Program-made: the position numbers and the translations under genes
The notes under the pieces: model-generated
The model's database searches: none
What the model saw: the letters and a program-made list of their open reading frames with translations, nothing else
Told to the model about the DNA's origin: nothing
Shown: in pieces, positions 20,458-32,060 of the stretch
Position numbering within the stretch: the stretch's first letter is position 1
Layout: every line of letters starts with the position of its first letter
Source of the DNA: Naegleria gruberi
Taxonomy: Eukaryota
Direction: 5' to 3' (one strand)
NCBI GenBank assembly: GCA_000004985.1
Contig: GG738871.1
DNA: 64,000 nucleotides

Positions 20458-21567
20458 ATGTCATTCTTCCAATCTATCAAAAGTGCTTTGTCTTCTGTCA
20501 GCCACTCATCAATTACTTCATTTGCTGCTGATGAAGAAATACAACAAGTTTCTAATAACAATTATCATCATCATCAACCAAGAACGACAATATTAGAAAA
20601 CAATAACATGAAAGATAAATCATCAGAAATTGCAGTATCTTCTTCCATCATTATAACTTCCGATCAACATCACCAAAAGGAAACTAAACTAATCGAAACA
20701 ATATTATTCAATCAAATTCCTTCCGAAATAATAGAAAACCACATTCTTCCCTACTTGGACGAAAGATGGCTCTGGAAAATTGGCAATAGAATTTCCAAAG
20801 AGTGGAATCTTTTAATTTCGTCTATTCCATGTAATTTGAGAATGATTTTCGAGGAGGGAACTCATATAAATAGTTTTATAGAATGTTGTAAGAGTGGAAG
20901 GTTTCGTTCCATCACCTCCTTGACGATTGGTGGGAATTTATTACCACAATATTTGAAAGATTTGGTTGAATGTGAAAAATTGGAATCTTTGGAAAGTTTG
21001 GATATTGGATTTCAGATTGGAAATGCTGGACCCATAATTATTGGAAATTCTAAAATTCCCAATCTGAGAAAGGTTAATTTTAATGGAAATAAGATTGGAT
21101 GTGATGGATTGAGACAATTATCGAAAGGGTCTTCATGTAAAAATTTCAAGTATTTGTGTTTGAATGATAATTGGATTTCAGTGAATGGAATAATGTTTCT
21201 TTCAAATTCGAATCTTTGTAATTTGAGTTATTTGGATTTGAGTGGAAATAACCTGACTGCTGAGGCATTGAAATTTCTCTCTACTGGAAAGCTTTCTCTT
21301 TTGGTTTCACTGATAATGCAGAGATGCCATATTAACAACCAGGGAATTACTCATTTAGTGAGTGGAAATTTGCAAAATTTAACAGAACTCGATTTACAAG
21401 ACAATAATATCCAAACGGAGGGAGGAAAATCAATAGCTAGAGGAAACTTGCAGCAACTAATCATTCTCAATTTGGGAAAGAATTACATTTCGATGGAGGT
21501 TGCTTCTGAAATATTCACCAAGCTTACAACACTGAAGCAGTTCGAGTGGAATGAAAAAAAGAAATAA
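20458..21567 (+). CDS. F-box-like / RNI-type leucine-rich-repeat protein (369 aa)
   Basis: ATG at 20458. N-terminal IPSEIIENHILPYLDERWLWKIGNRISKEW is F-box-like. Then 24-28-residue LRR_RI repeats (LDLSGNNLTAEALKFL..., LDLQDNNIQTEGGKSIA..., LNLGKNYIS). Confidence 0.7.
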   Translation: MSFFQSIKSALSSVSHSSITSFAADEEIQQVSNNNYHHHQPRTTILENNNMKDKSSEIAVSSSIIITSDQHHQKETKLIETILFNQIPSEIIENHILPYLDERWLWKIGNRISKEWNLLISSIPCNLRMIFEEGTHINSFIECCKSGRFRSITSLTIGGNLLPQYLKDLVECEKLESLESLDIGFQIGNAGPIIIGNSKIPNLRKVNFNGNKIGCDGLRQLSKGSSCKNFKYLCLNDNWISVNGIMFLSNSNLCNLSYLDLSGNNLTAEALKFLSTGKLSLLVSLIMQRCHINNQGITHLVSGNLQNLTELDLQDNNIQTEGGKSIARGNLQQLIILNLGKNYISMEVASEIFTKLTTLKQFEWNEKKK

Positions 21568-21622
21568 AGATGTTAGGGTTGATCCTTAGCAAGCAATTCA
21601 CCCTTAATGATTTCATTGTGAA

Positions 21623-21696
21623 GCCGTCATAGCTCAGTTGGATAGAGCACAGGACTTCTAATCCTGGGGTCGTGGGTTCGAGCCCCATTGTCGGTA
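21623..21696 (+). tRNA. tRNA-Arg(UCU): tRNA-Arg (anticodon UCU)
   Basis: Cloverleaf read by hand: acceptor GCCGTCA/TGTCGGT (one U-U mismatch), D arm GCTC-AGTTGGATA-GAGC, anticodon stem CAGGA/TCCTG with loop CTTCTAA, T arm GTGGG-TTCGAGC-CCCAT. Followed by a T-run (atttttaatttt) as a Pol III terminator. Confidence 0.8.
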
Positions 21697-22146
21697 TCTG
21701 ATTTTTAATTTTCAGATAAAGCAGTGCGGTTTTTAAGATTATATTGTTTAAGATTAAAGTTTTACAATTTTATTTCAAATTCAGTTCTAAATGATATGAG
21801 TAGCCGGAAAAGATCATGTTACTCGTGCTATGTCTCCACTCGCAAATATAATCCGAAAACGAATAGCATCACCGAAGTGTACACCTTAATCTCTATCAAA
21901 CTTAATGTTCCTTTAGGTCAAGGAATTTATGTTTATGGTGTTTCATAGGGAAGTAGTGTAAGTTTTTTATGAATCTTAGAGATTGATGAGATATTTAGAA
22001 TTAACTGGAAGACAAAACATGTAAAAGCTGTTGTATTGGTCAACACTCATTGAATCTATGGCAATGATTTCTTCACATTTGGTTTAAATTATGTAGCTCA
22101 GCAATTACTGCAAATTTGTGGAGATGTTAAAAGCTCGAGGAGATGA

Positions 22147-23089
22147 TTGATTNCCTTAAAAAACTTGGTGAACAACACTCTCTCATTCTCCTTGCCCAGA
22201 TTATACCAAATTATTCAACTATTTATCAAACTAAAAATATATTTGGTTTCTTTTTGGCTTCAGACAGCACCAGAATTCATCATTCACAGAATTAACAGAT
22301 GTAATACTCAAATTGATGTCCCAATCTTCCAAGCAACTTTTGATAAATTCTATGGAGCTAAGCCATCATCCAACTCTGAAGGATACTCACCATTGATGGA
22401 TTCAGATCATATCAAGATGAACATTGCCCATTCAGAACTTTGGGATTCAAGTGTAACAATTGAAACTTTAGATTCCCTCCTTGAAAATGCTGTTGCTACA
22501 ATGGGATCCACTCACGATTTCGTTACAATATATAATATTACAAATTGGGATCGTTACACAGTTGATCCAAAGAAAGGATTTTAGGAATATTAAAGGAAAT
22601 AGTAAGGGAGGATTGATTTTGGTTGAATTTTCTCCTCATGCAACCATGATGAATTCAGCCCAAAGTGGAAGTCCATATCCATGTGGAATGGAATTATTGG
22701 CAAATTTCATTACAATGGAGAATTCAGATATTGACAAAATGGACAAATCATGCCTTTCTCGATTGAATTTTTCATTTAAAGGCCAAAATGTTTCAAATCT
22801 TCAACTAATGGGAACTGAAGATATTTATGATGGTAAACTTCCAGTTCCAACCCCTGAAAAATCAGCTCTTGTTGAAGAATCACTATAAAATGAATCATCT
22901 GTGGTAACAATGAGTAAGGTTGGATTTGGGGTTCTCATTGGTATTCTTAGTTTGGTTATTATCTTATTGGGATTAATGCTTGTAGTTGTTTGTGTGAAGG
23001 GAATGCTTAAGAAACAAAAATCAATTAAGAATGAATCAATTAAACAACCACTTGAGTCAACACATTACATTAGAAAAACACCAAACTAA
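22147..23089 (+). pseudogene. Fragmented ORFs (22147..22584 frame 1; 22472..22888 and 22901..23089 frame 2) that together look like one type I membrane protein: ectodomain, a TM helix (VLIGILSLVIILLGLMLVVVC), and a basic tail. The frameshift has no canonical intron, and there is an ambiguous base at 22153
   Basis: Three consecutive same-strand ORFs with frame changes. No GTAAGT/GTATGT donor in the overlap. n at 22153. No recognisable domain. Confidence 0.3.
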
Positions 23090-23241
23090 TTATTCACTTA
23101 CTTGTTCCTCTTAGGAATAATTAAATATCAAGAAAGATTGACACTAATTCTTACTACCCACAACAAATTAACAGTATGTGCCATGTAGCAAGTGAACTAA
23201 ATGATATTAAAATATTGAAATCAAAAGTTAACTGATTTTAT

Positions 23242-24180
<939 letters not shown>

Positions 24181-25113
24181 TTAGAAAATTGTTGTATTTT
24201 TTTTGTTGGAGAAAAGCCTGAACAGCTGATGAGTTTTTAAATAGATTTTACAAGTTTATTTTTAGAATTGGAACACTTTAAGATTACTTTGTGTACAAGA
24301 GATTTTGTGTTACTTTACAATAACACGTAATGATGGAAAGGAAAATCTTCCTCTTGCCAATACAACTCAAAAGGAAGAGAAGGAAAAATCAAGGAATGGA
24401 AATTTGAAATTCCAATATCGGAATTTATTAATATCGAGAATACAATGTAAATACAACCATCAAATGTATTAACTATTTCATGAGGAATTTCTCATCCATC
24501 ATAAATAAGTTTACATTCATTATCATCTTTACAAAGAAGTGATGATGGATTTTGAATCGTAAGCTAACTTTCTTGATGACGGATAACAATCTATTTGGAT
24601 ATTGTCTATTCAATTTTAATTTGTAATACTGTTGAGAAATGTTTATTTCTAAATTGAATTATCTGTTATTCAACATGAACAGGAAGCAATTCAATTTCAA
24701 TAATTAATACCATCTCCACCTTCAGCAATTTTCTCCACAAAACAATTTCTCGAATTTTACTCGAGAATTGGACGTGATTAAGGGTTCAACACTACAACTT
24801 CAATGTGAAAAGCAATCTTTCACGTAGTCATATTAGTTTCTCATTCTCAGTCATCTCTTGTCTTTCAGTTGTAACCAATTTTATATCTACTCTTTTTCAG
24901 ATGGCAATGATTGCCAGCTATTACCACATGTGGATTACTACATTCTGATTCCTCTCGCTTGTACTTTACTCACCTTCTTCATGGCCACAATTCTTGCAGT
25001 GGACACAATTGGATTGGGTTCAAGGGAAAGGCAAGTGTGACCACCACTACAAACACAACCACTCATGCTACTCCAAGTATTGCTATTGCTCACAGTTGCA
25101 ATTGTTCAGCCAA

Positions 25114-25163
25114 NNNNNNNNNNNNNNNNNNNNNNNNNNNNNNNNNNNNNNNNNNNNNNNNNN
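25114..25163. other. Assembly gap (50 N) that truncates a 5S rRNA gene
   Basis: Run of 50 n. Confidence 0.99.
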
Positions 25164-25253
25164 TCTCCAACCTCAGTACTGATGTGGCTCGACGATGCTT
25201 AACTTCTCAAATCGGACGGGATGAGGTGCATTCATCGTGATATGGCCGTAGCC
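25164..25253 (-). rRNA. 5S rRNA gene, copy 1. The 5' 90 nt are present; the 3' roughly 28 nt are lost in the adjacent gap
   Basis: Identical over 90 nt to the complete copy at 28525..28642. Confidence 0.85.
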
Positions 25254-25541
25254 ATTAAATACCTTAAAACTCTAATGATAAACAGCCAATCTGTCTTTAA
25301 CCAGAATAGACAATTAACAATGTTGGACAAACTCATAATGGATTGTAAATGATACCTTACCACAAACAAAGTATTGAATACAGCAATTGTTTCGAAACTT
25401 TGAATTTTGCTGTATTACTCCTTAGTAAATTGATGCAGCTTTCTTTCCTGTTTCCTCACTCCTCTGCAAGATGATGAGAATTTTATCAATTTCTTTCCAA
25501 TTCATAAATTGTCTGAGATATTATTTCAATTGTTAATTTTG

Positions 25542-25602
25542 GACGGGAAGCCTGCCAGGAATATGGCGACTATCCCGCTACAGTCTTTGACTGTATGAAC
25601 AG
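25542..25602. promoter_or_regulatory. Conserved element B, copy 1 (gacgggaagcctgccaggaatatggcgacTatcccgct plus the hairpin acagtctttgactgt), about 289 bp upstream of the 5' end of 5S copy 1
   Basis: 38-nt core is near-identical to 28926..28963. Same distance and orientation relative to the 5S gene. Intervening spacer is unrelated. Confidence 0.5.
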
Positions 25603-26350
25603 TGAAGGCAACTAATCTATTGATTGTTGGTTCAGTAAGTTATTGTTTAGAAAAACTTGCAACGTGACCATATTTTTATCACCTTTGAATTTTATCTATT
25701 TAGAAAGGGAAACTTGTGGTTGATCAATAAACCTTCAAATTTCGAATTTGAGTCTTCAAATATATTGTATCGTATTGAACTTCGATGATTTACCAACAAC
25801 CTTACCTGGTATTATGTAATTCCAATACAATGCAATGAATTTTGTTATCTTGCTTGATGATCATTGAATTGTGAAACCTGATTAATACACAATCTACAGA
25901 ATTGTGAATTGGTATTTCCGTATCATTTCTCTAGTTAATTTTATTTTCTATTAATTGAAAAAAAGTTTAAAAGGTACCAATCTGCAAGTTCACAAATCCC
26001 CCATTCACAAACCATGGCTGGTAAGGAATGCGGCAATCATAGCTTCATCTTGGTTAACCTCAAAGGTCAGATTGACTCAAAAAAGTCGAGTTTATGTATT
26101 CCTACAGAAAAGATCCTGTAGAAGTACAGTCAATGGTTTTATCAAGAAAGCTTTCTGAGGTTTGTGATATTGGCTTTGAATGTGTGACAAGTGCGATTTA
26201 GGAAAGTTTGAACCCAACCACACACAAAACGTGATTTAGTCCCTTTTTGACCAGATCGGAATTCACAACGTGATTAAAATAAACTTAAAATTAGCAACAC
26301 AACTATTTGCCTTCAGAATAAAAGAAAAAGAAACCAACAACAATTGAAAC

Positions 26351-28315
26351 ATGCTGCCTGCCAAAATATCAAAAAAGTCATCAAGGAAACCAAGAATTGC
26401 CATTCCACCCTGTGCCATGCTGATGGATCCAGACGGATGGGCAAGATTTGCAACCGATCTGACTGTAACTGCAACCATCGCACGTGGCAACAAGAAGGGA
26501 AGAGCGAACATGCTTGCTCAACTACAGATGAAACAAGCAATGGACAAATTGAAAATGAAACAGTTATTGGAAAGTACATTGGGATGTGCAGATATTGTGC
26601 TGGAAATCATGTCAAACTATAGTGATGAGGAATTCCTTGCTGAATTGATGAAGTATTTGATTAATTTTCCTGATTTGGTAAATAGAGAAGCTTGCTTGCA
26701 AATTCTCATGCACAGAAGAGTTTGGTGTTGTAACAATAATAGTCAATTAGAATTTTTACATGGTTGGTTGGAAAATGAGCCAATTATTCATGACACTGAA
26801 TGTGTTGTGAGATTTTCAAAATATTCACTTAAATTCATGTCCACAATTGAAAAGTTTAGTACAGTTACCTTAAATGGTATCTCAATTACAAAGAGACAAT
26901 TGGTTGACTTGATGAATGCAAGTACCAGTAAGATCCAACATTTAAAATTCAACAACTTTCGGCTCCTCAACCCAGAATCTCGATTCTCAAAAAGAATTTT
27001 TAGAATTACACCTTATTTGAAAAAGTTGACATTTGACTTTGAATTGCCATTCATTAGAACCTTGACAAATGAAGGGAAAGCTAAGGAAATTGATAACCCA
27101 ATATTTACACTTGTCAATAATCTTGATTTGATTTCTTCCAATATTGAAGAATTATCATTCTCAAATATAATTTACGACAATAGTGATTTCTCACTTATTT
27201 CACATTTAGGTAACAAGTTGACTCGATTATTATTTACAACACCACCAAATAATTATGACATTTCCACCATTGCTCCCAATCTTGAATATTATGAGAGTCA
27301 CAAGTTTCCAGACAGATCCATCACAATTCCAACTCTCTGTGTTTCACATCCAAGTCAAGAAAACCTCTTAAATCATTCAAGTGAAAAGGTCAGGAAATTG
27401 ATCCTTCGTAACACTGTTAGTTCATGTAAAGAATTGAGATCCTTTTTGAATGATGTATTGGGGAAATGTTATCCTAATTGTGAAGAATTGATTATTCCAG
27501 AAACATTCTTGCAATCATTGTCCAAGGAAGATTTGAAGGGACCAGAAATTGTGTGTTCATTGAAGAGAATCATTGTTAAGCATTCTAGCTCCACGCAACC
27601 ATCCAAATATGGTGCACTCAAGCTTGCTTTATCCTTTTTCTTTCCTTCAAATACAGTATTCCTATTCGAAACCATTCAAAAAGAGGATAATTTTGGAACC
27701 CTTCTTTCCAGTAACAGATCTATCAAAGTTGACTGCTATGAAGATGTGCTCTTCAAAAGAATTGAAAGCACCGAAAGACATTTCAAAGTATTGGACAACT
27801 CTCTCATTACCAAACAAATCAGAAAGATTAAGAAGAAATTCATTAAATGCATCATTTCTAATAATTTTTCAAAATTCCAACGCATTAATGAATCATTGGA
27901 CATTTTGGAAGGATTGAAACGTAACAAACAACTCATGCTCCATACCATCCATCAAGCTATAGAAAATTATCATGACATATTTGACAATGATTCATTATTC
28001 ATGTCAATTAGTGAAAAGTTTGACAAGTGCATGTCAATTCTTGAAGATGAATACATTAGTGAACTTGACTTTGCCCAATGCTACAATAAATTGGAACTTC
28101 TCTTCCACCAAATGATTAAGGTAATTGAGGAGAATGGCTATCCCACAAAAGTCCTCTTCAATGAACAATGGTTCAATGAGCAAATTGTTGAGATTTATGG
28201 TTTTCAATCGGATGAAGTTCAGGTCTATGAAGATTCACAAGAAGAAATGGAGCAGGCAAGTTATGATTTAATGCAAATGGATGAAGTAAATATTGACATG
28301 GAAGATGTTGTGTAG
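26351..28315 (+). CDS. Hypothetical protein (654 aa) with a basic N-terminus and F-box/LRR-like (FBXL-type) irregular leucine-rich repeats
   Basis: ATG at 26351. Single uninterrupted ORF. L-x-x-L-x-L/N-x-x-I-periodicity segments (LKFNNFRLLNPESRFSKRIFRITPYLKKLTFDFELPFIRTL...). No stronger domain call possible. Confidence 0.55.
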   Translation: MLPAKISKKSSRKPRIAIPPCAMLMDPDGWARFATDLTVTATIARGNKKGRANMLAQLQMKQAMDKLKMKQLLESTLGCADIVLEIMSNYSDEEFLAELMKYLINFPDLVNREACLQILMHRRVWCCNNNSQLEFLHGWLENEPIIHDTECVVRFSKYSLKFMSTIEKFSTVTLNGISITKRQLVDLMNASTSKIQHLKFNNFRLLNPESRFSKRIFRITPYLKKLTFDFELPFIRTLTNEGKAKEIDNPIFTLVNNLDLISSNIEELSFSNIIYDNSDFSLISHLGNKLTRLLFTTPPNNYDISTIAPNLEYYESHKFPDRSITIPTLCVSHPSQENLLNHSSEKVRKLILRNTVSSCKELRSFLNDVLGKCYPNCEELIIPETFLQSLSKEDLKGPEIVCSLKRIIVKHSSSTQPSKYGALKLALSFFFPSNTVFLFETIQKEDNFGTLLSSNRSIKVDCYEDVLFKRIESTERHFKVLDNSLITKQIRKIKKKFIKCIISNNFSKFQRINESLDILEGLKRNKQLMLHTIHQAIENYHDIFDNDSLFMSISEKFDKCMSILEDEYISELDFAQCYNKLELLFHQMIKVIEENGYPTKVLFNEQWFNEQIVEIYGFQSDEVQVYEDSQEEMEQASYDLMQMDEVNIDMEDVV

Positions 28316-28524
28316 ATGTGTCTATTCACTTTGCAATGTTGCTTTAGCATTGCGAATATTCAACATTTAATACAAATATATTTTCTTAAAGTATTGTGAA
28401 AATAAAAAAAGTTTATTGAATGGTAAGTTGTTTGTATACATGAATCAATTTGAATCTTGTAATGAAAATGTCTCTAAATAGAAAATAAAAGAATATTGTT
28501 AACATTTCTTAGTAAAAGGAAAAA

Positions 28525-28642
28525 GACTACAGCACCACAGGTTCCCAAGTTGTCTCCAACCTCAGTACTGATGTGGCTCGACGATGCTTAACTTCTCAAA
28601 TCGGACGGGATGAGGTGCATTCATCGTGATATGGCCGTAGCC
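28525..28642 (-). rRNA. 5S rRNA gene, copy 2, complete (about 118 nt)
   Basis: Minus-strand reading: GGCTACGGCCATATCACGATGAATGCACCTCATCCCGTCCGATTTGAGAAGTTAAGCATCGTCGAGCCACATCAGTACTGAGGTTGGAGACAACTTGGGAACCTGTGGTGCTGTAGTC. Helix-I pairing 5' GGCUACGGC with 3' GCUGUAGUC. Conserved CCGUCCGAU / AGUACU / GGGAAC / GGUGCUGUAG blocks of eukaryotic 5S. Followed by TTTTTCCTTTT as a Pol III terminator. Confidence 0.9.
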
Positions 28643-28925
28643 ATTCACTACCTTAATACATTGACTATAAAGAATATTGCAAATCTAAGCAATGTTACAC
28701 AGATTATAGAATTGACTTAGTTTTCGTATTAGATACTTTCAATAATCGTATTAATGTGGGGTGAAAGAAATAACATTTGAATGGAAGAATACTCAACAAT
28801 TTTTATCTAATTTCGTTAATTATTGCATGAAAGAAATACTATGAAGGTCAACTGTTCCCACATTAACAAATGACATTGAAGGTCGACTGTTTGAATTTAA
28901 AAATGCTTATTCAATTTACAATTAA

Positions 28926-28979
28926 GACGGGAAGCCTGCCAGGAATATGGCGACAATCCCGCTGTTCATACAGTCAAAG
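28926..28979. promoter_or_regulatory. Conserved element B, copy 2, about 284 bp upstream of the 5' end of 5S copy 2. The hairpin segment is inverted relative to copy 1
   Basis: gacgggaagcctgccaggaatatggcgacAatcccgct, then gttcatacagtcaaag, which is the reverse complement of the acagtctttgactgtatgaac seen in copy 1. Confidence 0.5.
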
Positions 28980-29637
28980 AATCTTGTTGGTTCAGGTTTT
29001 GTTTGAAGAAATTGAAAAGGTTGATTAACCTCATATTTATTGAACATTTGTCATGTTAAATTGCTTGATGCAAATTTTGGTTTCTCTTATTCTGATCAAT
29101 TCGAAATTGAAACTTCATCTATTTCAAAACAAATTAGTTTATTTATACTGAATTATTTACAAGTTGTAATTTACATCTTTTTCGATTTGGTAATCTTCTT
29201 ATTTGTGGTGTTTGATTGTTGTTTAGCTCTCTTTTCAATTGAATTTTTCGAAGATCTTTTCACAGAAATTTGTTTACCATTTAAATTTGCATGGTGATAA
29301 TCAATATTATTACGATGTCTAGTTCCACTTATAATATTTGAAGTATCAATAAAAGATAAATCAATTGGTTTAGATCTTGACCAAACTGTTTTTGTTGGAA
29401 TTCTATCTTCGGAAGATGAAGAATTTGATGAAGTATTTTACTAAATGTTTTGTTGTGGAAATATCATCATCCTACAATTATCTATTTATTTCCATGGTGA
29501 TTTCCACTAATTTTGTGATTCCAATTTTTGTAGGATTTTCCACTCATCACAAGAATTTGAATTTTTCTATTAATATTTTGATGAAGGAAATTTAATGAAA
29601 ATCAAACAAAAGAAAATAACAAAACAACAATAAGAAA

Positions 29638-29853
29638 ATGGTCTCAACAAGAAGAAATATGTTTAATTCCTCCAATAATACTTCACAATTTAATTCCGAA
29701 ATTTCTCTGGATAATATTATTGGTGGTACAAGAAGAAGAAATTTAATTGATTACAAAACATTGAATTCTATTGGAAGTGAAACAAGTAAAACTTCCAAAT
29801 CTCAATCACATAATACTTTAGAAATGAGAAACAAACAATTCAAAATGTGGTAA
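29638..29853 (+). CDS. Small basic Ser/Asn-rich ORF (71 aa). It has a diverged inverted paralogous segment at about 29190..29440 on the minus strand
   Basis: ATG ORF. Protein-level similarity between DNIIGGTRRRNLIDYKTLNSIG (+) and SNIISGTRHRNNIDYHHANLNGK (-). Similar C-termini, ...KQFKMW versus ...KSKKM. Confidence 0.3.
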   Translation: MVSTRRNMFNSSNNTSQFNSEISLDNIIGGTRRRNLIDYKTLNSIGSETSKTSKSQSHNTLEMRNKQFKMW

Positions 29854-30214
29854 TCTCCATTTAACTTTAAATTTTGTAAACCTAGGCAATCATTGTAAAT
29901 AAACCCAAAATGTAAATATTCAATAATGTACAGTAGAATTTTTTCTTTATTTTCTACTGAATTTCTGATTCAATTCAGATCAACATAAATTTCAATGTAA
30001 TTATGTCAATTCTGTGTTTTCTTCATGTTCATCTATATCAAAGAAGTCAAAAGCAGGATGCTTACTACTGTCTTGTTTTGTAATTTAAATATTTCGTTTG
30101 TTGCACATTACATTTATGAATGTAAGGAAATGAATGCATAAAAAGTAATTTTCAAATATTTGAATGCAAAATTTTTAAAAAGTCTTACAAAATTGTGATG
30201 GCTCGCCACGTTTA

Positions 30215-30285
30215 CCGTCTCGGGAGGAATCGAACCTCCGTCAATGGATTCAAAGTCCACTATGCTACCATTACACCACGAGACG
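30215..30285 (-). tRNA. tRNA-Gln(UUG): tRNA-Gln (anticodon UUG)
   Basis: Minus-strand sequence CGTCTCG-TG-GTGT-AATGGTA-GCAT-A-GTGGA-CTTTGAA-TCCAT-TGAC-GGAGG-TTCGATT-CCTCC-CGAGACG-G. Block-for-block similarity to canonical eukaryotic tRNA-Gln (TGGTGTAATGGT, GGACTTTGAATCC). Perfect 7-bp acceptor stem but an unusual C1:G72 pair. Confidence 0.75.
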
Positions 30286-31041
30286 AGCACATAAATTATG
30301 AACAATCTAACTACATGAACGATTCTGCTTTTGATACGTATCCTGCAAATGAAGCTTGATGAAAATCACCAATTAAACTTGTTGTACATTGGATACATTC
30401 CACATTTCCCTTGTGGTCACAATAATGAATTTGTAATAAATAAATATAATAAATTAATAATATATTATGAATTATTAGGTAATAGAAAAATCTCTTCTCC
30501 CAAGAAGAATGATGAAGTAAATAGAGTGATTGCTCCAAGAAGTACAACTTCTCCATAAGGAAGAAATCTTGCTTCGGTAACTTGTTTGCCTGTAAATAAT
30601 TTGAATAAAATCTTGTACTCTTTCTGTTATTAACAATATTCCAAGTATTGGTGTTTTCATCAAAGAGGAATGTTGCCATCAAGAGCAAGAAGAAGGAAAT
30701 TGTCTATTTTCGTTCAAGAAACCTTCCTCATTGCGCACTTGTACATTGTTGAGTATCACAGTACTTCACAACATAACAATTACAACAACATCAGCATTCA
30801 ACAAGAATATATCATCACAGAAAGAGAAAGAAAAATCCAATTTCAAGAGTTCTCAACAACAACAACAGATTGTCGTCCATACATCCTTTGCATAATTGAT
30901 TGGAGGCATTTTTCAGCCAAGAATTTTCTTGTTATCATCAAAGGGACAAAATTTTCATTGTAAATAACGCTGCGTCATACGTAATTTGTTTGCAAAAAAA
31001 TACAACAAGTTTCTGCAGGTACCATCAACCTTCTCATCACA

Positions 31042-31557
31042 ATGTCTGCCGTAGAACAACAATCAACTCAACAACAAGAATCCACCAAGAAGACTGGTAA
31101 GGATAAGTACAAGTTTGAAGTCAATCAAGCTAAGCTTGCCCAACTCAAGAAGATGTCCAAGGATGTCGTCATTGCTGGTGGTATGCGTAGAAAGCACAAG
31201 GTTGTCAAAGCCAGTTCTCAAAATGAAAGTAAAATAAGAAACATTGTTAACAAGTGGAGAATGACCACCATTCCAGAAGTTATGGAAGTCTCAATGGTCA
31301 TGGAAGACAACACCATCACCACATTGACTCAACCAAAGGTTGAAGCTGCTGTCCACTCCAACTCATTCGTCATTGCTGGTAAATACCAAAGAATGACCTA
31401 TGAAGAATACTTCCCAACTATGCTCAAGCAATTGTCTAACAATTTGGATCCTAACCAATTACAACAACTCTTGGCCGGTTTGAGCCAAAAGGAAGAAAAG
31501 ACAGCTGCTACTCAAGAAGAATTGCCAGTTGTTGAATCTTTCGAAACTGTCCAATAA
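31042..31557 (+). CDS. BTF3: Nascent polypeptide-associated complex subunit beta / BTF3 (171 aa)
   Basis: ATG at 31042. NAC domain: QAKLAQLKKMSKDVVIAGGMRRKHKVVKASS...IPEVMEVSMVMEDNTITTLTQPKVEAAVHSNSFVIAGKYQRMTYEEYFPTMLKQL matches the BTF3 consensus ([25 protein letters not shown]...[37 protein letters not shown]). Confidence 0.85.
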   Translation: MSAVEQQSTQQQESTKKTGKDKYKFEVNQAKLAQLKKMSKDVVIAGGMRRKHKVVKASSQNESKIRNIVNKWRMTTIPEVMEVSMVMEDNTITTLTQPKVEAAVHSNSFVIAGKYQRMTYEEYFPTMLKQLSNNLDPNQLQQLLAGLSQKEEKTAATQEELPVVESFETVQ

Positions 31558-32060
31558 ATTATTTAAAAAATTTAAATTTTCAATCATTCCGATATTCTTT
31601 TCAACATGAAAGTTGGTTTAATGATATTAAGCCATGTTGGTGCCTCTTGATTAGCGACCAATATTAAATAAAAATTATTTTAAAAAAATATCAATATTTA
31701 TTAACAATGATGAACAACAGCTGGTGCGAACTAAAGTAGCTTGGAACCTTGATATCGATTAGGAATAATGTTATTTTCATATTGAAGTTCATTATCGGAA
31801 TGAAATTATTTAATTGGATTCCTTGGTGGGCGCCTTTAACAGTTGTTGGTACTTCTCCTACTATTTAAACTGCTTGCAACAATTCTTCGTTCTGTGTGGA
31901 CTAGAAATAATAATTATGATTTACTTGTTGCAAAGGCTAAATTGAAATCAACAACAATAAACCTTTCCATTCTTTTCAATACGTACTGTTAATCATCATT
32001 AATTTGATGGAGAATCTCTAAAGATGAACTTGGAATGATTACAATAGTAAAATCAAAAAA

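Noticed and set aside
25164-25258. The idea that the roughly 95-bp direct repeat at 25164 and 28543 is a snoRNA or mobile-element terminus
   Set aside because: Its reverse complement is a canonical 5S rRNA with helix I pairing and conserved internal blocks, followed by a Pol III T-run.
29377-29595. Plus-strand 72-aa ORF MTKLFLLEFYLRK...
   Set aside because: Hydrophobic low-complexity translation of AT-rich intergenic DNA lying between the inverted paralogous small ORFs. There is no support for it.
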